The notes beneath the pieces are model-generated. The model was not told the DNA's origin, ran no database searches, and saw only the letters and a list, made by a program, of their open reading frames with translations. 64,000 nucleotides of DNA from the human T2T-CHM13v2.0 reference genome, Homo sapiens. Below are positions 48,565-59,334 of the stretch, piece by piece; the stretch's first letter is position 1; every line of letters begins with the position of its first letter. Where the stretch lies: the NCBI RefSeq assembly GCF_009914755.1, contig NC_060925.1. One strand, 5' to 3'. Both the position numbers and the translations under genes were made by a program.

Positions 48565-49572
48565 TCACACCACTGCCCTCCAGCCTGGGCAACAGAGTGA
48601 GACCCTGTCTCAAAAAAAAAAAAAAATTTAGCAAGGGCCTGTATTTCGAATCCTGACAACAGACAAATAAAAAGCATAATTTAATTTAAAAAGACACCAT
48701 TACCAATAGTTACGAACCATACTAAAAGAGATGCAAGAGTATTCATCAAGTATACAAATTTTGCTGAAGGAAACGAAATAAGACCTAATTAAATGAAAAA
48801 TCCATATTCACTGAAATACTTTTTTAATAAGGAAAAATAATTTTTTTATAGGGAGACTTTTTTTTGTCTTTTTCTTTCCTTTTTGTGGAGAACAGGGTCT
48901 CGCTATGTGTTGCCCATGCAGATCTCAAACTCCTGGGCTCAAGCTATCCTCCCCTCTCTGCCTCCCTAAGTGCTGGGATTACAGGTATGAACCACTCTGC
49001 CTTATAATTTATAAGAAAGAACAAAAATTTAATATAGTCAAATACTGGTGGCAGGGTTGGGGAAAGTGATGAGGATTTCTTAGACAAGATACAGAAAGTG
49101 CTAACTATAAAATGTTGATAAATTCAATCTTATTTAAATTAAGAATTTGTTTCTTAAATATCAGCTTAAATTGTGTGAAAAGATAAGCCACAACTAGAAA
49201 AAGATGTTTGCCATACATACACTCTATAATAAAGGATTAGGATCAAGAACATGTGAAAAACTCATACACCTATAAGAAACATACAATTCAATAGAGGAGC
49301 AAAATACATGAGTAGATATTTCATAGATGAAGAAATATATATGGCCAGTAAACTTATAAAGAGATATGCAACCTCACTAGTAATCAAGGAAATAAAATAT
49401 CAAAACCACAGAGACATGCTATTTTATGTCCATTTGATTAAAAAAAGTTATAAAATGTTAGTGACGTGGATCAATAAGATCTCTTATACACTACTGATGA
49501 GACTGTAAATTGCTAAACACCACTTTAGAAAACAATTTGACATTATCCTGTGAAATTGAATATTCAATATAA

Positions 49573-49609
<37 letters not shown>

Positions 49610-49834
49610 GACAGGGAGGGTCTCACTATATTACCCAGGCTGGCCTTGAACTCCTGGGCTCAAGTGATCTGTCCACCTCAGCCTCCTGAGTAGCTGGGGT
49701 TACAGGCCAGCTTCAATATAACTTTTTAATCCAGTAATTCCACTCCTAGGTATCCTTCACCTCTCCATCCTATCCCAGGGGAATTCTTGCATGTGTGCCT
49801 CAGGACATATGAATGAGAATCTTCATCATAGCAC

Positions 49835-50235
49835 TGCGTTAGGCCATTCTGCGTTGCTATAAAGGAATACACAAGACTGGGGTAATTTATAAAGAAAAGA
49901 GGTTTTAACTGGCTCATAGTTCTGCAGGCTGTACAGGAAGCATGGTGCTGACATCTGCTCAGCTTCTGGTGAGGTTTTGGCCTGCTTACAATCATGGCAG
50001 AAGGCAAAGGGGGAGCCAGCATATCACATAGTGAGAGTGGGAGTGAGAGAGAGTGGAGTGACATATACTTTTAAACAACCAGAACTCTGGAGAACTCACT
50101 CACTATCACGAGGACAGCACCAAGCCATGAAGGATCCTCCCCCATGATCCAAATGCCTCTCACCAGGCCCCACCACCAACACTGAAGATAACATTTCAAC
50201 ATGAGATTAGAGGGGACAACATTCAAACTATATCA
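49835..50235 (-). mobile_element. MaLR LTR (MSTB-like)
   Basis: TG...CA with 5-bp TSD agcac (49830-49834, 50236-50240). Confidence 0.88.
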
Positions 50236-51732
50236 AGCACTCTTCATAATAGCACAAAAAGTAAAAAATACTCATAGCCCAAATCAAAAGAAGAATGGAT
50301 ATATAAGTAGTAGTATATTCAATATAATGGAATATTTTACAACAATGGAAATAAACTATAGCTACTATGTATGATAACATGCAAGAATCATAGTAACACA
50401 ATAAATGAAAAATGCAAATCTCAGGAATTATATATAGTGTGTTGTTCGAATACACGTTTGTATAAAGTTCAAAAACAACCGAAATGAAAAGAATATACTT
50501 TTAAAGTATGTGTGTGCACACATGTGCAAGCACACACACGTGAACTCTTTAAAATTCCTTTAAAAATTCCTTTACAAGGCAAGGATTGTTAAATGCTAGA
50601 TTCAGGATATCTATGAAGATGGGCAGTAGACAGGATAGAGGAGCAGCATTTAGGTAGATGTAAATTACTGATAATTTTCTATTTGTTTGAGTGCTGGATT
50701 GAGTGCTGGGTTCAGGGATATTCATTATGTTATTAATAAATAATAAACATTGAATGGCCCATATATGGACCATTGATGATTGTATACCATGAATTAAAGA
50801 TTACAATTAATCCAATTCTATGTACCCAAGTTCAAAGAGAAAATATATTAATAATAGCAATCATTTATATAGTGCTTACCATGTGCCAGGCACTGTGCTA
50901 AGCTCTTTATATAGTTTAACCCATTTAATTTTCCCTGTGAGGAGAAAACCAAGGCCCAGAGAGGTTACCAGTAACTCTTCTGAGGCCCATAGCAGAGCTG
51001 GGATTTAATCCAGGCTCGCAGCCTCCAGAGTCTGTACTCTTAATCACTACCCTATAAGGTGTCTAAATAAATAAAAGAGATAATTATATTACAGCTTAGT
51101 CATGAAAAAGTTATAGCAGAGTGCTTTCTATAACAATATTAAAGGAGGAACCACATGGACAGCTCTGTAAGGATACTAAAACCCCCTGAATTGTATTACT
51201 TTGAGTGGGTAAACTTTATGGTATATAAATTATATCTTAATAAAGCTGTTAAAAAAAACCCTCACAGACCACAAATAGTGATTTTGTAACACAAACTGGG
51301 TCCTGAATGCTTGTTTGCTACTTGTGGGACTTAATATTTGCCTAAGGGTAAAAAGATACACTTTTTCTGGAGACCAAACAACATAAACCTCACTGTCAAG
51401 ACACCACTCATTTTATGAAGGAAGATGAAATAGAAAATTTTAATCTGCTATCATGGATAGGAAAAAATTTTCAATTCCCAGCTTTAGCCTCTTTTTTGCA
51501 TCTGCCAGGAAATTGGATGGCTCTCAACTCTCAAGATAAATTTCATATTGCAGTTGTAATATTTTGTGCGTATATTGAGGATACACAAACAATAAAACCT
51601 AGGAAAGATGAGGGTGGAAAGAGGACATTTGATTGAAAACATACACATAAGTTTAAGATGCCAGTATGTTTTCAATCTTTATTAAGCTTAATTTATATAC
51701 CATAAAGTTTATGCAATTAAAATACACAATTC

Positions 51733-52892
<1,160 letters not shown>

Positions 52893-52922
52893 AAACTCAC
52901 TAAGCAGCTTTATGCTTTAAAG

Positions 52923-53208
52923 CAGGGGTTCCCAGACCCCAGGCTGTGGACCAGTAATGGTCAGTTGCCTGTTAGGACCTGGCTGCACAGCAGGTGAGGG
53001 GCAGGGGAGGGAGCATTACTGCCTGAGCTCTGCCTCCTGACAGATCAGCAGAGGCATTTGATTCTCAGAGGAGGGCTAACCCTATTGTGAATGGAGTATG
53101 TGAGGGATGTGGGTTGTGTGTTCCTTATGATAATCTAATGCCTGATGATCTGAGGTGGAACAGTTCCATGAAGCTGGTCCCTGATGCCAAAAAGTTTGGG
53201 GACCACTG
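52923..53208. mobile_element. MER1B-like hAT-Charlie element
   Basis: caggggttccc...ggggaccactg TIRs with perfect 8-bp TSD ctttaaag (52915-52922, 53209-53216). Confidence 0.88.
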
Positions 53209-53355
53209 CTTTAAAGAACACAAAGGATTTTCAGGTAGTATCTGCTGGAAGCCAGGGGAGGGGGTAATTTTGGGGGCAATAACACAAAGGAAATGAAAAC
53301 AATCACTTATTTTAACTACAGCATGGATCCAACTTATGTCATTCATTTGTTGTGG

Positions 53356-53358
<3 letters not shown>

Positions 53359-53386
<28 letters not shown>
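53359..53386 (+). repeat. (CA)n microsatellite
   Basis: Directly visible. Confidence 0.95.
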
Positions 53387-53391
<5 letters not shown>

Positions 53392-54819
53392 ATCACAGGC
53401 AATATTTTGGCTGTTACTCTTAATGGAATCTAGGCCTTTTCCATCTAACCATAAAACTTACTAGCACTCTTGGCTCCAGGCAGATTTCCAGTCCCCCTAG
53501 GCAAGCCTTTGTACTATAGCCAGCTGCAGGCAGTAGCTTCCATCAAGCTCCCTGGTATTTGAAGTGGCAAGCCACTAAACTTGGCATGCCTCTGGTGCAT
53601 GTTCACACAGACTGGGTGTCTGTTTATCTCCCTGAATTATTTCTCTCAAATCTTGTGCTCCCTCAACCCCTATCTTGAAGTTTGGAAAACTACTGATTTG
53701 GTCATTATCTTTTTCTTTGATCAGTGAGTCACCTTAGCAGGTCTATTTAGGTTAAAAAGTCACTCTGGTGCCTGGTTTATTATCTCGATTGGTTATTACA
53801 TTGAGTAATCAGATAATGGCTTAACTTCAATTTCCATTTGTGGTCTATTAATATAACCTTGAAACAGATTTAAACCCAGCTATAACTTTTTATTTCATGC
53901 TTTTACAAATAATGTGTTCATGTGTTTTTTATCCTCCAGCATCCAGATTTTTATCTTTAAATACCATCTCCCACTAAAAGGAACCAGAGCTCTCTGGAGA
54001 AATGGCTGATTCCACAACTGGGGCAGGAAATGTATCAGGTAAGTCTGGAAGAAAATAATGGAGAAAGGAAGAGTGGGAAGAGTGATGCAGATGAAACAAG
54101 ATTGACATGATTTGATAATTGCTGAAATAGGGTGTTGGGTACACATGGGAGTTCTTTAAAGTATTCTTTTATATATTTTAAACTTTTTCCATAAAAATAG
54201 TTTAAGGAAAGTTAAAAATGTTATTTTTTAAACTGAAGGAGTAATAGCGCCCTTTGTAGAAACAAAAGATTTCTACAAAGAAAAGTAAAGTCTCCCTCCT
54301 ACTCCAGACCCTCGCACACCTCTTCAGGGCAATCCTAGTAACAATTTCCCGTGTATTTGTCAAGAAAGTTTCCATGAAAATATATTTTTTAAATGTACAT
54401 ACTCATAAATACAAACATTTTTAAAACCACAAATGGTAGCGTATTATACACATTATTTTATGCCTTATGAAGTTTTATTTCCCATTTTAATACAATGAAG
54501 ATGTCTACACATTACAATATTGTGGATTTTTATGCTTTACAATTGAGCTTCTTCCTTCGAGTTTCTTTGATCTAATCAAGAGATAGAAGGCCTCCAGCTT
54601 CACATTCCTCACGATTATTTACAAAAAGAAGGATGGCTCAGCCAAGGCTAAATTTAGGTTACAGTCCCTAATCTTAACACAGTTTTTAAGTTTAGGTTTC
54701 AGCTTTTGGGATATTATTGTTACCTTGAAAAATGTCACGTTTAAAAACACCTCACACCCTCTACTATAGATTGGATCTTGGGAAATAGGGTTGAGGACCG
54801 GATCAATACAAGAATCCTC

Positions 54820-57320
54820 ATAACCTCCGCCCCGGCGCGAACCTGGGAGGGCTGCAGACAGTCTAAAGGCTGTGGTGACCTCAGCGCTGCGTCCCTCCAG
54901 CAACCGGCGAGTGCTGGGGCACAGGCCATACCCCCCTAAGCTCGGCATCGCCTGCACCTCTCACAGGTGCTCTGTCCGCCACAGTAACGCACTATGGAAA
55001 GGAAAGTTGTACGGCGAACGACTGAAGGAGCCAAACGAGGTGGATCTGGAGCGGCCGCAAGGTGCCTGTGCTGCTGGCTTTTAACACACAATAAGAGTGC
55101 CAAGGGATACAAGAAGCCACAGGGGGAAAAACAAGTGACATATCTGCATGGAGCCTAAATTTCGCTTGGTGATTTTCAGGGTAGAAGCATTACATATTAA
55201 AAACACTGCTATTTTAGGGGAATACAGAATTTAAAAATCCACACAGATTCGCAACATAAAACATGCCGCCCAAAGACACGTCCGCGGTGTCCCGACAGTT
55301 CCGGCTCCGCCCGCGGGCCACGAGGCGGGGAGCGACGGTCACTCCCCTCGGTTACCCGGAGTACTTGGGCGGGAACGCGTAGCTCGCGGGAGAGACGGGC
55401 TCCTGGGCGAGGGCTGCGTCTTAGTCGCCCTGCTTCTTAGCTCTCGAGGTCCCGCGTGTTACGTGTTAGCACCGCCCGGGGGCGTCAGCATGACCCGAGG
55501 CTGCAGGAACCGTGAACTCTCTGCCCCGCGGGCCCAGGTGACCGCGGGCGGCGCTCTCCCGCGCGCGGGGGGCGGGGCTCCCCCCGGCTGTTCACTCAGC
55601 TACCACAGCGACGTAAAATGGTGTCCGCTAGGCGTCCCAGGACGGCTTCCTGAGGGACTGGAGGGCCCCGACAGCCGGAAAGCCTGCCCCGCCCCTTGGC
55701 CGGCACAGGTACGACGGCGGGGAGCTCAGAAGTTTCGAACTCCAAGGGCCGAAGCACAGCCAAACACCCCACGGAACTTAACAAATGTTTGTGGGGAGAA
55801 CGCCGAAAACGCGGGGAGGCGGGGCTGGCGCACAGTCACCCTCTCGCGACATCTAAGTGACGTCCCACAGCAAGCACGTGTTCTAGTCTTTCACCTTCAG
55901 TCAGCCTCCTCCGTTATACAGGCCTACCCCTTTAAGCGAGTGATGGACAGTTATTTCAGCCTATCAACTTCCTTGCCGACATCCAATCAGATTTAAACTT
56001 CTTTTAGCCGCCGGAGGAGTTGGAAAAAGGGGGTCGAAAGAGGGAGCTTACCGTCTCTCGCGATATCGCTGTGAGCCTGCCTCTCTGGAAAAAACGCCGA
56101 AACTGATGGCCCGACCTCCCAAATAGTGGTTTAAAGGACGGGTTTATAAGCCAATGAAAGGGATAAGGAGGTGGGTTGCTGCTGTCACTGAGCAAGAAGT
56201 ACCGTTACAGGGCAGACTTTTTGTCCAATCAACACCTCAACACTTTGGGTCACGTGACCGCAGAGTGCGAGGGGCGGAGCTACAGTCTGGCGCGAGGAAC
56301 CGTTAAGATAGACAACAAATGTAACCAATGAGGTACTCCGACTAGGGGGTTGGGAACCCAATAACAGTGGTTGGGCGGGCGCCTTCCTGGAGCGCGGGGA
56401 GATGTAAAGATAGACAAATAATTTTCCCAATGAGACTGTAGAAGAGAGAGCAATTGGCCAATGAGGACTGCGGGGCGGGACCCTGTGCCGCGGCGGAGTC
56501 CAAGATGGCGGCGTGCGGTTCCGCTGTGTGAAACGAGCGCGGGGCGGCGGGTTACTCAGCTCCGCGGAGACGACCTCCGACGACCCGCAACAATGAAGGG
56601 AAAAGAGCGCTCGCCAGTGAAGGCCAAACGCTCCCGTGGTGGTGAGGACTCGACTTCCCGCGGTGAGCGGAGCAAGAAGTTAGGGGGCTCTGGTGGCAGC
56701 AATGGGAGCAGCAGCGGAAAGACCGATAGCGGCGGTGGGTCGCGGCGGAGTCTCCACCTGGACAAGTCCAGCAGTCGAGGTGGCAGCCGCGAGTATGATA
56801 CCGGTGGGGGCAGCTCCAGTAGCCGCTTGCATAGTTATAGCTCCCCGAGCACCAAAAATTCTTCGGGCGGGGGCGAGTCGCGCAGCAGCTCCCGGGGTGG
56901 AGGCGGGGAGTCACGTTCCTCTGGGGCCGCCTCCTCAGCTCCCGGCGGCGGGGACGGCGCGGAATACAAGACTCTGAAGATAAGCGAGTTGGGGTCCCAG
57001 CTTAGTGACGAAGCGGTGGAGGACGGCCTGTTTCATGAGTTCAAACGCTTCGGTGATGTAAGTGTGAAAATCAGTCATCTGTCGGGTTCTGGCAGCGGGG
57101 ATGAGCGGGTAGCCTTTGTGAACTTCCGGCGGCCAGAGGACGCGCGGGCGGCCAAGCATGCCAGAGGCCGCCTGGTGCTCTATGACCGGCCTCTGAAGAT
57201 AGAAGCTGTGTATGTGAGCCGGCGCCGCAGCCGCTCCCCTTTAGACAAAGATACTTATCCTCCATCAGCCAGTGTGGTCGGGGCCTCTGTAGGTGGTCAC
57301 CGGCACCCCCCTGGAGGTGG
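54820..57320. promoter_or_regulatory. CpG island / bidirectional promoter of RBM15 and the divergent lncRNA
   Basis: Abrupt rise in GC and CpG content. CCAAT boxes at 55983, 56151, 56225, 56325, 56358, 56427 and 56458; palindromic E-box GTCACGTGAC at ~56249; GC boxes; TCTCGCGA (BANP/M8-like) at ~55842 and ~56056; YY1 motif CAAGATGGCGGC at 56501-56512. Confidence 0.9.
56052..56226 (-). ncRNA. RBM15-AS1: Probable first exon of divergent antisense lncRNA RBM15-AS1
   Basis: Strong minus-strand donor ACG|GTAAGC (plus strand gcttac|cgt, 56046-56054) inside the bidirectional promoter. The lncRNA's existence and 5' boundary come from recall of the locus, not from the sequence alone. Confidence 0.5.
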
Positions 57321-59334
57321 TGGAGGCCAGAGATCACTTTCCCCTGGTGGCGCTGCTTTGGGATACAGAGACTACCGGCTGCAGCAGTTGGCTCTTGGCC
57401 GCCTGCCCCCTCCACCTCCGCCACCATTGCCTCGAGACCTGGAGAGAGAAAGAGACTACCCGTTCTATGAGAGAGTGCGCCCTGCATACAGTCTTGAGCC
57501 AAGGGTGGGAGCTGGAGCAGGTGCTGCTCCTTTCAGAGAAGTGGATGAGATTTCACCCGAGGATGATCAGCGAGCTAACCGGACGCTCTTCTTGGGCAAC
57601 CTAGACATCACTGTAACGGAGAGTGATTTAAGAAGGGCGTTTGATCGCTTTGGAGTCATCACAGAAGTAGATATCAAGAGGCCTTCTCGCGGCCAGACTA
57701 GTACTTACGGCTTTCTCAAATTTGAGAACTTAGATATGTCTCACCGGGCCAAATTAGCAATGTCTGGCAAAATTATAATTCGGAATCCTATCAAAATTGG
57801 TTATGGTAAAGCTACACCCACCACCCGCCTCTGGGTGGGAGGCCTGGGACCTTGGGTTCCTCTTGCTGCCCTGGCACGAGAATTTGATCGATTTGGCACC
57901 ATACGCACCATAGACTACCGAAAAGGTGATAGTTGGGCATATATCCAGTATGAAAGCCTGGATGCAGCGCATGCTGCCTGGACCCATATGCGGGGCTTCC
58001 CACTTGGTGGCCCAGATCGACGCCTTAGAGTAGACTTTGCCGACACCGAACATCGTTACCAGCAGCAGTATCTGCAGCCTCTGCCCTTGACTCATTATGA
58101 GCTGGTGACAGATGCTTTTGGACATCGGGCACCAGACCCTTTGAGGGGTGCTCGGGATAGGACACCACCCTTACTATACAGAGATCGTGATAGGGACCTT
58201 TATCCTGACTCTGATTGGGTGCCACCCCCACCCCCAGTCCGAGAACGCAGCACTCGGACTGCAGCTACTTCTGTGCCTGCTTACGAGCCACTGGATAGCC
58301 TAGATCGCAGGCGGGATGGTTGGTCCTTGGACCGGGACAGAGGTGATCGAGATCTGCCCAGCAGCAGAGACCAGCCTAGGAAGCGAAGGCTGCCTGAGGA
58401 GAGTGGAGGACGTCATCTGGATAGGTCTCCTGAGAGTGACCGCCCACGAAAACGTCACTGCGCTCCTTCTCCTGACCGCAGTCCAGAATTGAGCAGTAGC
58501 CGGGATCGTTACAACAGCGACAATGATCGATCTTCCCGTCTTCTCTTGGAAAGGCCCTCTCCAATCAGAGACAGACGAGGTAGTTTGGAGAAGAGCCAGG
58601 GTGACAAGCGAGACCGTAAAAACTCTGCATCAGCTGAACGAGATAGGAAGCACCGGACAACTGCTCCCACTGAGGGAAAAAGCCCTCTGAAAAAAGAAGA
58701 CCGCTCTGATGGGAGTGCACCTAGCACCAGCACTGCTTCCTCCAAGCTGAAGTCCCCGTCCCAGAAACAGGATGGGGGGACAGCCCCTGTGGCATCAGCC
58801 TCTCCCAAACTCTGTTTGGCCTGGCAGGGCATGCTTCTACTGAAGAACAGCAACTTTCCTTCCAACATGCATCTGTTGCAGGGTGACCTCCAAGTGGCTA
58901 GTAGTCTTCTTGTGGAGGGTTCAACTGGAGGCAAAGTGGCCCAGCTCAAGATCACTCAGCGTCTCCGTTTGGACCAGCCCAAGTTGGATGAAGTAACTCG
59001 ACGCATCAAAGTAGCAGGGCCCAATGGTTATGCCATTCTTTTGGCTGTGCCTGGAAGTTCTGACAGCCGGTCCTCCTCTTCCTCAGCTGCATCAGACACT
59101 GCCACTTCTACTCAGAGGCCACTTAGGAACCTTGTGTCCTATTTAAAGCAAAAGCAGGCAGCCGGGGTGATCAGCCTCCCTGTGGGGGGCAACAAAGACA
59201 AGGAAAACACCGGGGTCCTTCATGCCTTCCCACCTTGTGAGTTCTCCCAGCAGTTCCTGGATTCCCCTGCCAAGGCACTGGCCAAATCTGAAGAAGATTA
59301 CCTGGTCATGATCATTGTCCGTGGTGCGTCCTAA
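56461..59334 (+). CDS. RBM15: RNA-binding motif protein 15 (OTT1; SPEN family, m6A writer-complex adaptor); exon 1 ORF, 957-aa intron-read-through isoform ending ...IIVRGAS*
   Basis: 957-aa ORF with three RRMs (KTLKISELG..VAFVNF; RTLFLGNL..YGFLKF; RLWVGGL..WAYIQY), an RD/RS-rich linker and a C-terminal SPOC domain (LAWQGMLLLK...YLVMIIVR). The protein is recognised as human RBM15. A splice donor GTG|GTGCGT follows position 59323 (phase 1). Confidence 0.99.
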   Translation: MRTAGRDPVPRRSPRWRRAVPLCETSAGRRVTQLRGDDLRRPATMKGKERSPVKAKRSRGGEDSTSRGERSKKLGGSGGSNGSSSGKTDSGGGSRRSLHLDKSSSRGGSREYDTGGGSSSSRLHSYSSPSTKNSSGGGESRSSSRGGGGESRSSGAASSAPGGGDGAEYKTLKISELGSQLSDEAVEDGLFHEFKRFGDVSVKISHLSGSGSGDERVAFVNFRRPEDARAAKHARGRLVLYDRPLKIEAVYVSRRRSRSPLDKDTYPPSASVVGASVGGHRHPPGGGGGQRSLSPGGAALGYRDYRLQQLALGRLPPPPPPPLPRDLERERDYPFYERVRPAYSLEPRVGAGAGAAPFREVDEISPEDDQRANRTLFLGNLDITVTESDLRRAFDRFGVITEVDIKRPSRGQTSTYGFLKFENLDMSHRAKLAMSGKIIIRNPIKIGYGKATPTTRLWVGGLGPWVPLAALAREFDRFGTIRTIDYRKGDSWAYIQYESLDAAHAAWTHMRGFPLGGPDRRLRVDFADTEHRYQQQYLQPLPLTHYELVTDAFGHRAPDPLRGARDRTPPLLYRDRDRDLYPDSDWVPPPPPVRERSTRTAATSVPAYEPLDSLDRRRDGWSLDRDRGDRDLPSSRDQPRKRRLPEESGGRHLDRSPESDRPRKRHCAPSPDRSPELSSSRDRYNSDNDRSSRLLLERPSPIRDRRGSLEKSQGDKRDRKNSASAERDRKHRTTAPTEGKSPLKKEDRSDGSAPSTSTASSKLKSPSQKQDGGTAPVASASPKLCLAWQGMLLLKNSNFPSNMHLLQGDLQVASSLLVEGSTGGKVAQLKITQRLRLDQPKLDEVTRRIKVAGPNGYAILLAVPGSSDSRSSSSSAASDTATSTQRPLRNLVSYLKQKQAAGVISLPVGGNKDKENTGVLHAFPPCEFSQQFLDSPAKALAKSEEDYLVMIIVRGAS

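Noticed and set aside
55463-55996. 177-aa ORF upstream of RBM15
   Set aside because: It starts at a non-ATG codon, lies in a GC-rich CpG island where stops are rare, and has no recognisable domain.
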